This document shows, one piece after another, positions 29,701 to 40,400 of a stretch of DNA of 64,000 nt. Each line of letters starts with the position of its first letter. The first letter of the stretch is position 1. The notes under the pieces are model-generated. The model saw only the letters and a program-made list of their open reading frames with translations, ran no database searches and was not told the origin of the DNA. The position numbers were made by a program, and so were the translations under genes. Source of the DNA: Anaerolineales bacterium UBA3499 (GTDB taxonomy: Bacteria; Chloroflexota; Anaerolineae; Anaerolineales; UBA11657); NCBI GenBank assembly GCA_002377585.1, contig DFQC01000025.1:91740-155739 (forward strand), read 5' to 3'.

Positions 29701-30315
29701 CTAGTTGCGTTGTCTATAGATTGCAACCACGCCTGAGAAAATTCCCAGCGCAAACAAGCCTCCTATTAGCACGATTGGTGGCAAAGCTCCGCCTTCAAAC
29801 TCAGGAGTAGAGAAGGTAGGCTGAGGCATAGGAGGTGCAGGAGTAAAAGTGGGTAAACGAGTAGGAAGAGAAGTGTTTATTAGAGAGTCTGACCCAGATA
29901 ATGGAACCGCTTGAAGAGTAGGTGTGGGAGGAGATTCTAACTGCGGTAAATCCTCTACCATCATCCCACGAACCAACACCAATGGGGAATAAACCCAAGC
30001 CACACTATTTGAACCTTCTGGATACTGTATAGCAATCCATTCGCCGAAGGAGGTACGTCCAACTACTGCAGCCATCTGGCCAGCTACTAGGACACCCACC
30101 TTTTCATAATAAGTGCCTGGCCCAGAACGAACATTGACTCGCTCGGGCACAAAAATATGTACCCCACCTACAGTTGGAGTGGGCACAAAGGTTGTTGTCG
30201 AAGTCGCCGTATTGGTAGGAACTGTAGTATTCGTAGGTGTCAATGCGCTGACAGAGCCGTACCAATATAGGCTAACAAATAGACCCAATACTGCTAACAA
30301 AATCCGCTTGAACAT
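29701..30315 (-). CDS. Exported SH3b-domain protein with Pro/Thr linkers and C-terminal membrane anchor
   Basis: Signal peptide, PT-rich linker, VNVRSGPGTYY...WIAI...AWVY, second PT linker, then a TM segment and RQRN. Confidence 0.8.
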   Translation of the reverse strand: MFKRILLAVLGLFVSLYWYGSVSALTPTNTTVPTNTATSTTTFVPTPTVGGVHIFVPERVNVRSGPGTYYEKVGVLVAGQMAAVVGRTSFGEWIAIQYPEGSNSVAWVYSPLVLVRGMMVEDLPQLESPPTPTLQAVPLSGSDSLINTSLPTRLPTFTPAPPMPQPTFSTPEFEGGALPPIVLIGGLFALGIFSGVVAIYRQRN

Positions 30316-30462
30316 AATGTATTATATATAAGTATTTACAAGCACAGCATATTTACACATATTATCAAGACTCAACAACCCTAACTAATACAAGCGTACT
30401 CCTCATAGACTAGTCATAATTGATCTACAAGCATGAGCTTAGTATACAGTCACTGACAAAAC

Positions 30463-32733
30463 TTATTGGGCTGATAACCCAAACGTGTAAATCGGAATAG
30501 ACCAATTATCCCACTCAGAACCAGCAGAACTGTATGCAGGTACACGCAATCCAGACAATGGATCATATAAACCAATTACTATAGTATAAGTCTCTCTAGA
30601 TGTATCTACATCATAAACGAGTTTATGATGGTCAGAGATTAAACTTCCCGGTTCCCATGCTGATGTTGGCCAATACCCATTCGAAGGAGGTTGATCAGCT
30701 TGAGCGACAATATTGCCCAATGAATCAATCATATGAACAAACACAGTTAAATCAGTTGTGATTTTTGTTGCGGGCTGCCAATACAACGTAAAAGCAATTT
30801 TAGATGGCACATCTTCTGAAATACTATAACCTACTAACCTAGCTTCCGAATTAAAGACAGATCCATCTATCACCTCGGGAGTATAATTTTTTTCATGCAA
30901 AGGTAGCAAACGTCCCAAATCAAGAAATAAGGATTCAATTGGCACATCACTTACACTTATTGAAAGCGGATTGCTTAAGTCGTCATCCCAGAAGGACAGG
31001 TTCATTCGCATAATCGTCGGTGCTTCAGCCGAACTCAAGATAGGTACAACATATGTGTCGGGATAAATGACATCTGGTTCCCAGTCGGCCGTCGGCAGCA
31101 GACCACCTCCTGGCCAAGTATCTAATTTAGCTATATTGTCCATCTCATATCCATACACATTAATGGCGAGCTTGTAATCAACGTCCATGTATGACTTGCC
31201 ACGCCAATAGAATGTGATTTGTATAGATTCATCTCTAGTTACACTGTCATTGAGCACGGAATAACCTACCAATTCAATCGTATTATTAAAAATAGCACCA
31301 CTTACTATCATATTCGAAGGTATATCTTCGTATAAAATCTTTTTTGGTACAGTGTAACTAGGTTCAATATATAATTTCACCATCAAAATCGACACAATTA
31401 GTAAAACGAACACTAAAACGATAGAAAATATTTTTTGTAAATGTTGTCCAACTAGAGAAAGTATCCCCGCACATAAATACGTACTAATAACCGTCACGGC
31501 AATGAGTGCGAGCCTACCTTGCGCAGCATGTTGATAAAAGGACCAATAAACGTTTCCCGCAAGGGTAACCAATATAAAGGTACCTACTAAAACATGTGTT
31601 ATATGGACTTTTCTAATATTATTACCAAACGAATAACTCTTTGCAAATGACACAATACCTCCGCCAAAAGCGAATACAACTAAGCCATTTATGAAAACAA
31701 AAAACCATTTGTCAGGAATTATATTAAAAGCTCCAAATATTCCCCATAGGGAATACCACCAACCTCTCCACTCTAGTATCAACTCATCCCATGTTGGTGG
31801 TCCAGTTCTCACAAAACCGTACATTTCTGCCATCATGTTAGTACCTAGAAAATCATCATACAAAATAAAATTCCTATAAAACCACCACCCAGTCAATACT
31901 AATACACATGCTGCAATAATTAACCCTTCTCGGAATGATTGCAACCAGCTACCTGAATATTGTTTTCTCCATATGAGATATATGCCTACAACTGGCAACA
32001 ACAATAGTGCAGAAAGTTTAGTGAGAATTGCCAATCCAATAAGCACACCTAACAACCAGGGTGCAAATTGCCGCTGTAGTATTTTGTTTGGAAACCATGA
32101 TGGAATCAACAAAGCATTATCATCAAGATTAACTATTAGAATAAGAATATAAATAATAAGTGACGCCAAAAACCAGACACCATTGTCATTGTTCACTGAT
32201 GCTGTAATGAAAACAAACATCGGGTTCAACGCAGTAAACGATGCTGCCAGAATTGGCAAGTTGACCTGTCCTGGAAAAAGAGCTTTCGCAACAAAGAATG
32301 TAAGTGCCACAGTTCCACATCCTAACAATATGGAGAACCACCGGAGTAAGTGCACGGCCAGAGCAACATCAGTCAAGGGAAATTCCTTAGTACTAGTATG
32401 ACGAAACATGTTTACATTTACGGTAGTACCTGGAACACCTACTTGACCAAAAGGATTGTATGAATAATGACTTAGTGAATCAAAATCATCAATCCAAGAA
32501 ATTAGGGATGCACCTATCAAATAATAGAATGGTGGCTGGCTACCTTCTTGTCTATAAGTAGTAATTTCTCCAACCTGTTGTACAGGCAAACCACGACCAG
32601 ATGCAATTTCTCTTACGACTCCATAGTGCCACGCTTCATCAGAAGCTTCAAAAATCGGTGTTGATTGATTGTACACAAACGCAACACCGATAAACAATAT
32701 TAGCAATAGTCTTAAAGGAGTATATGACTTCAT
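30463..32733 (-). CDS. GT-C (ArnT/PMT/DUF2142-like) membrane glycosyltransferase with two C-terminal beta domains
   Basis: FEASDEAWHY, QPPFYY, VNNDN, LTKLS, WWFYRN, QGR; two repeats of LVGYS...TxYW...PTxxWEP. Confidence 0.75.
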   Translation of the reverse strand: MKSYTPLRLLLILFIGVAFVYNQSTPIFEASDEAWHYGVVREIASGRGLPVQQVGEITTYRQEGSQPPFYYLIGASLISWIDDFDSLSHYSYNPFGQVGVPGTTVNVNMFRHTSTKEFPLTDVALAVHLLRWFSILLGCGTVALTFFVAKALFPGQVNLPILAASFTALNPMFVFITASVNNDNGVWFLASLIIYILILIVNLDDNALLIPSWFPNKILQRQFAPWLLGVLIGLAILTKLSALLLLPVVGIYLIWRKQYSGSWLQSFREGLIIAACVLVLTGWWFYRNFILYDDFLGTNMMAEMYGFVRTGPPTWDELILEWRGWWYSLWGIFGAFNIIPDKWFFVFINGLVVFAFGGGIVSFAKSYSFGNNIRKVHITHVLVGTFILVTLAGNVYWSFYQHAAQGRLALIAVTVISTYLCAGILSLVGQHLQKIFSIVLVFVLLIVSILMVKLYIEPSYTVPKKILYEDIPSNMIVSGAIFNNTIELVGYSVLNDSVTRDESIQITFYWRGKSYMDVDYKLAINVYGYEMDNIAKLDTWPGGGLLPTADWEPDVIYPDTYVVPILSSAEAPTIMRMNLSFWDDDLSNPLSISVSDVPIESLFLDLGRLLPLHEKNYTPEVIDGSVFNSEARLVGYSISEDVPSKIAFTLYWQPATKITTDLTVFVHMIDSLGNIVAQADQPPSNGYWPTSAWEPGSLISDHHKLVYDVDTSRETYTIVIGLYDPLSGLRVPAYSSAGSEWDNWSIPIYTFGLSAQ

Positions 32734-32818
32734 AATTTTGGTAAAAATATCAGCATAAGGAATGGAAACACATCAGTTCCAGAGACTGACTGTTTTTGAC
32801 ATTATACAATTTCAGATA

Positions 32819-33856
32819 CTAATTAGAGTTGATGAAGCAGGCTAATTCGTGGCCAGGGTCCATAAGAACACGAACTGGGGTCGCGGGTGCAATTCGAACG
32901 GTATGTCTTTGTAAACTATGTATGAAGCGTCCTGAGGGAAGACGTACACGATAAACATTGACCATACCTCGGTACTCTCTTGTTAACACTATTGCTCCAG
33001 AGGTTGGATCAGGTGCAATACGTACATCATCAGCTCGTACCGCTACTTCAACTTGATCACCAACATTCACAGGATGAGTTGACTGCAACAAACCAATCTC
33101 AGTTTGAACACCTTCGGCAGTCACTTCTCCAGGCAGGAAATCTGTTTCACCCATGAAAGTAGCTACAAAGCGAGTAGCAGGATTACCAAATACATCGCCA
33201 GGATTACCCACTTGCTGAATACTTCCTTGGTGCTGCACGGCAATGCGATCCCCCATAAACAAAGCCTCTTCTTGATGATGAGTTACAAATATTGCAGTAG
33301 CCCCACTCATTCTAAGAATAGCTCTCACTTCATTACGTACATGTACTCTCTGCCCACTATCGAGGTTAGAAAACGGTTCGTCCAAGAGTAATACATCCGG
33401 TCTAGGACCCATCGCGCGAGCAAGAGCAACACGCTGTTGCTCCCCGCCAGACAATTCATTAGGCATACGATCTGCATAACCACTTAATCCAACCAACTGT
33501 AACATAGCAGCTACCTGATCGTCTTTATCGGCACCGTGCAATCCGTAAGCAATATTAGCTGCTACACTTAGATGCGGGAACAAAGCATAATTTTGAAACA
33601 CCATACCAACTCGACGAAATTCAGGTGGGACAAATCTCTCCGGGCTCACCATCACACGACCACCTACTTCAATCGATCCAGCATCAGGCTTGGCAACGCC
33701 TGTAATTAGACGCAAAAGCGTAGTCTTACCACATCCACTAGGACCGATAAGAGCAAGAATCTCCCCTTTAACAACATCAAGACTTAGGCCATTCAACGCA
33801 CCAGTATCTGAAAATGTTTTCACTAAACCTTCACATCGGACTGCTATCTCACTCAT
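32819..33856 (-). CDS. Fe3+ ABC transporter ATP-binding subunit (FbpC-like)
   Basis: GPSGCGKTT, MVFQNYALFPH, LSGGEQQRVALAR, LLDEPFSNLD; TOBE-like C-terminus. Confidence 0.9.
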   Translation of the reverse strand: MSEIAVRCEGLVKTFSDTGALNGLSLDVVKGEILALIGPSGCGKTTLLRLITGVAKPDAGSIEVGGRVMVSPERFVPPEFRRVGMVFQNYALFPHLSVAANIAYGLHGADKDDQVAAMLQLVGLSGYADRMPNELSGGEQQRVALARAMGPRPDVLLLDEPFSNLDSGQRVHVRNEVRAILRMSGATAIFVTHHQEEALFMGDRIAVQHQGSIQQVGNPGDVFGNPATRFVATFMGETDFLPGEVTAEGVQTEIGLLQSTHPVNVGDQVEVAVRADDVRIAPDPTSGAIVLTREYRGMVNVYRVRLPSGRFIHSLQRHTVRIAPATPVRVLMDPGHELACFINSN

Positions 33857-35473
33857 TTAATTCAGACTCTCTCTTAAGATAATAGATGCCATCGGCACAG
33901 ATGATAACAGAATTAATAACAATGCGGGAGCAGCAGCTGCTCCAAACATTGCTTCTTCAACAGCCGACCAAACTGATGTTGCTAAAGTACTGAAACCTAG
34001 AGGCCCCAAAATTAACGTAATGGGCAATTCCTTCATAACCGTAAGAAACACTAAGCCAATCCCAGCAGCTATGCCAGACCATGAGACAGGAACTGTAATA
34101 GTACGAAACACCATTAACGGATTCTTGCCTAAAGTCCGTGCTGCTTGCTCAATACTAGGAGATATTTGCAAGAAAGACGTTCGCAATGCCCCTACTGCCT
34201 GTGGAAGAAACATGATTAAGTATCCGAATAGTAACAAATATACAGTCTGATAGATAGGATTGGCGTAATTAGCACCAAAAAACACCAATGCTAAAGCAAC
34301 GACTATGCCTGGTAAAGCAAAAGCAGAATAGGATATCCTTTCCAATAAGATAGCAAAGCGACCCTTTTTACGCACACTTAACCACGCAACAGGAATAGAA
34401 GCTAATAATACTAATCCTGATGCCAATCCAGATGCGAATAAAGAATTCCATGCTGACATCCACAATGATGAGTAAGACATGGTAATATTGATTTCTCTAA
34501 ACAACCAGTAAGCTAATATGCTCGCAGGTAGTACTAGCGACAATACTACAATACCAGCACAAAAAAATAATGATGGCCAACGCCAATGCCCAAGCTTTAT
34601 TTGTATTGGATTGCCAACAGCTCCCACATGTCCTCCATAATAATTCGCCCTACCTCGGGTTCTAATTTCGATGAATAGCACCAATAAAGTTAGTAATATC
34701 AGAACTAGTGCTAATACAGCTGCACCAGTACGATCAAAAGATGATTGATACTGAATATACAGTACACGCGTAAAAGTACTGTATCGCATAAATGATACTG
34801 CCCCAAAATCCCGCAAAACATATAGCGCAACCAACAAACCCCCTGCTGCAAGACCTGGCCTAAGCTGCGGGAGAGTGATACGCCAAAAAGTGCCCCATGG
34901 ACCATCTCCCAGATTTCTAGAAGCTTCTTCTAAAACAGGATTCATTCGCATTAGAGCAGCCCTGGTAGTTGTAAGAATATAAGGATAACTAAGTAAAGTA
35001 AGAACCAAAAATGCTCCGGGGAAACCGTATAATTTGGGCAATTCTTTGACTCCTAAAGGCTCTAGCCACTGCTGCAATATTCCACGCGGTCCTAATACAG
35101 AAATAAACAAGTAGGCACCTACATAGCTTGGAACTACTAGAGGTAAAGTAGTTAGTATTGCCCACAAACGACGCATGGGTAAATCAGTTCGAACAGTCAG
35201 CCAAGCGATTGGAACAGCTACTAGTGCACTACCTAATGTAACTGCAACCGCCAGATAAACGGTTTTTAACAGAATACGAGCAGTACGATAACTAAATAGT
35301 ATGCTCCATATTGAATCACCAGCTTCCGATGCGCGAAGAAGTAAATATCCAATTGGCAACAGAAGTAAACTTGCAACAAGAGCGCCTGTGAACCACAACA
35401 CAACTTTCACCGGACTGGTATTACGAAAGAAAAAAATCACGCGACGCTCTCCTTTGCAAAGCACTAAATTCAC
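33857..35473 (-). CDS. Fe3+ ABC transporter permease (FbpB-like)
   Basis: Two permease modules with EEASRNLG and EQAARTLG loops; PSYVGAY, DFGAV, MKELPIT. Exact start uncertain. Confidence 0.9.
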   Translation of the reverse strand: MNLVLCKGERRVIFFFRNTSPVKVVLWFTGALVASLLLLPIGYLLLRASEAGDSIWSILFSYRTARILLKTVYLAVAVTLGSALVAVPIAWLTVRTDLPMRRLWAILTTLPLVVPSYVGAYLFISVLGPRGILQQWLEPLGVKELPKLYGFPGAFLVLTLLSYPYILTTTRAALMRMNPVLEEASRNLGDGPWGTFWRITLPQLRPGLAAGGLLVALYVLRDFGAVSFMRYSTFTRVLYIQYQSSFDRTGAAVLALVLILLTLLVLFIEIRTRGRANYYGGHVGAVGNPIQIKLGHWRWPSLFFCAGIVVLSLVLPASILAYWLFREINITMSYSSLWMSAWNSLFASGLASGLVLLASIPVAWLSVRKKGRFAILLERISYSAFALPGIVVALALVFFGANYANPIYQTVYLLLFGYLIMFLPQAVGALRTSFLQISPSIEQAARTLGKNPLMVFRTITVPVSWSGIAAGIGLVFLTVMKELPITLILGPLGFSTLATSVWSAVEEAMFGAAAAPALLLILLSSVPMASIILRESLN

Positions 35474-35527
35474 ACAAAAACAAATTTATACAAGCTTGCA
35501 ATTATGCAATTTAGTCATCTATGACAA

Positions 35528-36637
35528 CTATTCCAACGCACCTACTTCTGTAAGCAGATCAACTGTACCTTGTAAATCTACTAAATCACTAAGATCAATA
35601 TCAATCTTAGGCAGCTCAGCAATTGGAGTCAACTCTCTATGAATCTTCACACCCTCTACCAATGGGTATTCATAAGTTTGTCCAGCAAAATACTGTTGTG
35701 CCACCGGAGACAAAAGGAAATTAATGAATTTCATTGCGTTGTCTTCATTTGCACCTGTATCGATCCTACCAACTCCTGCAACCATTACCAATGATCCAGG
35801 GCCACCTCCTGTCAAGAAATAGTTCCTAGCTTTGAAATTCTCACCTTCAGCAGCAATGAAACGATGCAAGTAATAATGATTCACAAACCCTACATCAATC
35901 TCACCTGCAGCTGCAGCAGCAACTTGCGGTGTATTCTTAGGATAAACACCAACATCATTGGCCATTATGCCTTGAAGCCATTCCTTGGTCTTATCTTCCC
36001 CCCAAGTCGATCTCAGAGCAGTAACCATTGCTTGGAAAGAACCATTAGTAGGTGCCCATCCAAGACGACCTTTCCACTCTGGCTCTACAAAACCCCATAG
36101 ATCAGAAGGTAGATCTTTTTCAGGATCAATGGTTGCGGTATTGTAAACAATCACCCGCGCTCGACCCGAAACACCAACCCAGTTACCATTTTTCGATTGA
36201 AACTTTGAATCTACATTGGCTAATACATCAGCAGGTAAATCTGCAAACATACCAGCTTCGGCCACAGCACCAAGTCCGCCAGGATCTTGTGCCCAGAAAA
36301 CATCGGCAGGGCTATTATTGCCCTCTTCCAGCAACACTGCTGCCATTTCAGCAGTTTTGCCATACTTAACTTCTACTTCTATACCTGAAGCAGCAGCAAA
36401 CTGATCGATAATGGGCTGCACTAGCTTCTCTGAACGTCCAGAATACACTACCAGACTTCCTGGAGCAGAATCAACCTCAACAACCTTTTCTACCTCTACT
36501 ACTTTTTCAACAGGAACCTCCTTGACAACCTCTACTACTTCGGGCTGACAAGATGCTACAAACAAACCAGACACTATCAATGAATACAATATCATTTTTG
36601 TACTACTAACAGTGTTATGAAATCTAATCTTACACAT
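35528..36637 (-). CDS. Fe3+ ABC transporter substrate-binding lipoprotein (FbpA/FutA-like)
   Basis: Lipobox FVASC, VVYSGRSE, SPADVF, SGRARV, and VNHYY (tandem Tyr iron ligands). Start uncertain. Confidence 0.9.
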   Translation of the reverse strand: MCKIRFHNTVSSTKMILYSLIVSGLFVASCQPEVVEVVKEVPVEKVVEVEKVVEVDSAPGSLVVYSGRSEKLVQPIIDQFAAASGIEVEVKYGKTAEMAAVLLEEGNNSPADVFWAQDPGGLGAVAEAGMFADLPADVLANVDSKFQSKNGNWVGVSGRARVIVYNTATIDPEKDLPSDLWGFVEPEWKGRLGWAPTNGSFQAMVTALRSTWGEDKTKEWLQGIMANDVGVYPKNTPQVAAAAAGEIDVGFVNHYYLHRFIAAEGENFKARNYFLTGGGPGSLVMVAGVGRIDTGANEDNAMKFINFLLSPVAQQYFAGQTYEYPLVEGVKIHRELTPIAELPKIDIDLSDLVDLQGTVDLLTEVGALE

Positions 36638-36737
36638 AGAACTATTCACCCCATAAAAATATTTTTCTGATAAAACACAACATTAAAACAACAAAATATA
36701 ATAATTATTTACATGAACGCTCTCCTCATCAATATTG

Positions 36738-36756
36738 ATATATATATATATATATA
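36738..36756. repeat. (AT)9A dinucleotide microsatellite
   Basis: atatatatatatatatata in the spacer between fur and the iron-binding protein gene. Confidence 0.9.
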
Positions 36757-36799
36757 ATATGTTGACTATGTAGTAATACCTAAGTGGATAATGCTTAAA

Positions 36800-37249
36800 T
36801 CACAATGTCAAATTTTCTTCATCATTAACACAGCTAGCACAATAACCCTCAAAACACACACAAGCGTGAGTGAATTTTGCACCAGTTAATGCCGAAAATT
36901 CTTTTTGGACTTGAACAATCTTGGGGGTTTCAACTTCTATGATCTTACGACAGCCAAGACATGTAAAATGGTAATGCTCACCTTTATTGACAGATTCATA
37001 ATACTCTACACTATGATCACGAGCAAAATAGCGCTGCTCAATTAATTCCATATCCTTAAGAATACTCAGCGTTCTATATACAGTAGCAATATTCAAATTG
37101 CCATTAATCTTCTTTGCTCTTCTGTACACCTCTTCCGCATCTAGATGATCGCCAGTTTCATCTAGGATAGAAAGAATAAGTTTGCGCTGAGGGGTCATCC
37201 TACGACCCGCAGCCTTTAACTGCGATTCGAGAGAAGTTTTTGTGTCCAT
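36800..37249 (-). CDS. Fur family transcriptional regulator
   Basis: RMTPQR, HLDAEEVY, ATVYRTL, HYHFTCLGC, GYCASC; GAGGTG RBS supports ATG 37249. Confidence 0.92.
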   Translation of the reverse strand: MDTKTSLESQLKAAGRRMTPQRKLILSILDETGDHLDAEEVYRRAKKINGNLNIATVYRTLSILKDMELIEQRYFARDHSVEYYESVNKGEHYHFTCLGCRKIIEVETPKIVQVQKEFSALTGAKFTHACVCFEGYCASCVNDEENLTL

Positions 37250-37321
37250 TTTTTCACCTCTGATTATGCAATTACTGTACTGTCTAACTATTACATTAAT
37301 CACACTAATACTGTAATATTC

Positions 37322-37350
37322 TTGCAATTGCAAATGATTCGCAATTGCAA
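37322..37350. promoter_or_regulatory. Putative Fur-family operator (14-1-14 palindrome)
   Basis: TTGCAATTGCAAAT-G-ATTCGCAATTGCAA, 13 of 14 positions symmetric, about 70 nt upstream of the fur start. Confidence 0.7.
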
Positions 37351-37487
37351 TTGCGAGAATATTAGCATAACTTATTGTAAAAAACAAATTAATTTACTGC
37401 ACAATGCTTGCTTATTGCAGGTGTATGTTATTAGCAATAATATATTAAGTTTTTATCAAAAAGTGATGAACTTCACACAATTAGATG

Positions 37488-40400
37488 TTAGCGCTGAACA
37501 AAAATAGGTACATCTTCACTCCGAGTAATATTTCCAGCTGCGTCACCTGCACGCACATGAATAGTATGTGAACCCAATGTATCTATCTTCCAACGCGTAG
37601 CAAAAGGAGCAATCGTTCTAGTTTCGACTTGTTTGTCATCAACCCATATTTCCACAAAAGAAACTGAAAAATCATCGCTAACATCTGGTTGAATGACAAT
37701 AGATTCTTCATCAATATCAACAATCTTTCCTGACCATGGAGAAGTAATACTGACAACAGGAGGCTCGTTGTCTACTGTCACCTGCACTATAGAGATGTCA
37801 AATTGTTGATCGTTCCGTATTACTAGTAACTGTAAAGTATAGAGTCCAGATAATCCAGTGGTATCCCACTGTTGTAAAACACCGTCATCTACTCTTTCAT
37901 AATTGTCTTCTCCAAGCTGCGACCACTTATCTGGATTAAGGCCTTGTCCATACTGTAATCTATAATATTGAAAATCATCTCCTGTTGCATAGCCTTCTAT
38001 AGCCACATTTCCTCTGACATAATCAAATGGTAGCGGTAAAATAATTTCGGCTGCTTGCATAGTTGCAGTTTGCTCATCGCCTTGAAAAGTATCATACTCA
38101 TATGGCGGCTGTGGTATTCCTTCATTTGCGATCCAATCAGCAGCTCCTGAAGGCAGTATCTGAAAAATTCTATCTTCGATTAGTTCTGGCGGTGTATAAA
38201 CAGTGGCTAATTTACCGGTATCTCTATTAATCTTAAACGACTTCCATATGTCGTCTAAGGAAACTGGCTCAGTTCCAATGACAAATACCTCACGAACAAT
38301 ATCCTGACAATCATCCGTTGGCAACAAACCGGACGGATAACATACTTTAGTCTCCTTAATTCCTATAGGACGATCCCATCCAATAGGTGCAAGACCCATA
38401 GAACGCACACCATAAGTCATGACGGCATTCCAAATAGGAGCAGCTCCATTAGACCCAGTGACTTCTAACATTCCTGTGGAGTCATTATTTCCTACCCAAA
38501 CTCCAGCCACTAAATGAGGTGTATAACCCACGGTCCAGCTATCAACATAATTGTTTGTTGTGCCAGTTTTGGCCGCAGCGGGACGTCCCAACTCCAAGGA
38601 ATTAGGATGGCCAAAAGCAGGAATACGAGCACGCTCATCCGAAAGCACGTGATTCATCAAGTAAGCTAGTTCAGGACTAAGTACGGCCCGGGTATCGGGT
38701 TCTATAAACTCACATGGTGATTCACCGTCCGTTCCGCAGTATGTCAATACACTACCATCCCTGTCTTTAATGTTAAGAATCGCAACCGGATCTAAGGATC
38801 GAAAACCAGTCCGAATCTGCGATTCATGTGAAGGTTTACCTGCCATAATTCCATTGTTAGCAAGCACACTATAAGCATAGGTTAGATCCATCAAGCTAAC
38901 TTCACCTCCACCTAAAGTTAGAGCCGGACCAAACTTGTCAGTATCACCATCCAATGAATTAATCCCTAATTTATGCGCGGTACGAAGTACATTCTCTACA
39001 CCCACCATGGTCATGACTTTTACTGCAGGTACATTGAGTGATTGAGAGAGTGCTGTACGAAAGCTAACGGGACCACGAAAAGAGCGGTCATAATTTTCGG
39101 GCACATACGAAACACCCGAATCTAATGGGAATGCTGTCCTTACATCAAGCACCATGCTAGCGGGCGTGTATCCTTGTGAAAATGCAGTTAGATAAGTGAA
39201 AGGCTTAATTGTAGAACCAGGTTGACGCAATCCGTCTGTAGCTACGTTATAACTACCATCTATGTCACTATTCCAATAATCATAAGAACCAAGCATAGAG
39301 AGTATCTCACCAGTTCCCGGTGCTTGTACAACAACCGCCACATTACTAGCTTTACGATCAACGCCTACATATTTGCTAGCTATGGGAGGTAAATATGCCG
39401 TCGCCTTACAATCAGTACTATCAGATGTTGATACAACTGTATTTGGATCTAACCCACGCAAACGTTCAATATGGGTACGAGCCACACACTCTACCTGCTT
39501 CTGTAAATCAAGATCTAATGTAGTAGTGATGCGCAAACCACCGCGCTGTACTAGATCCTCACCTAATAACAATTCAGCCTCATTCAATACATGGAAAACA
39601 AAATGTGGAGCATCAATGTTAAATCGACTACTGGCCGGTTGCAACCTAGCAAAAACATCATCAGCAAGAGCTGCACGCGCATCTTCATCAGAAATATAGC
39701 CTTGCTCTACCATCGAATCTAAAACTAAAACTTGTCTCTTCCTTGCGGATTCAGGATTGTCAATTGGATTTAGACCTGGAGACTGCGGAATCGATGCTAG
39801 CAATGCACTTTCAGATAAACTCAGTTGTGCTGCGGGTTTTCCAAAATACACTCTTGATGCTGCATCTATTCCATAAGCAAGATTCCCATAGAAATTAGTA
39901 TTTAGATACCACTCAAGTATTTGTGCTTTGTTGTATCTGGTTGTGGCTTCACGCGCAATTAGCACTTCACGCAACTTACGAGCGTAACTAGTATCTGCAT
40001 ACATACCGGGAGCAATAATCACATTTTTTACTAGTTGCTGGGTAATAGTACTCCCACCTTGAATAAGTCCGGGGCAATCCTCAGGACGTAATACACAAAT
40101 TGGTCTACTTAGGTTGGCACTAAAAGCCCTCAGCATACCAAATAGGTCGTAACCTGCATTCTGATAAAAAGTTTTATCTTCTATGGATATAGTAGCTGTC
40201 TGGAAACGCACTGGTATCTGCTCAAGATCCAACCACTGTCTATCTCCAGCACGAGGATCAATCACTTCGTACAAAACATGCTGACCAGTTCGATCAAAAA
40301 CCTTTGTTGTTTGAAAAAACTGATTGCTGGAAGTCTGGAATGCTAATTCTAGAGACTCAGCGCTCGGTAAATCCACAACAATTTCAGAATATACTCCAAG

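Noticed and set aside
37250-37387. 46-aa N-terminal extension of Fur
   Set aside because: It spans the operator palindrome; a GAGGTG RBS supports ATG 37249.
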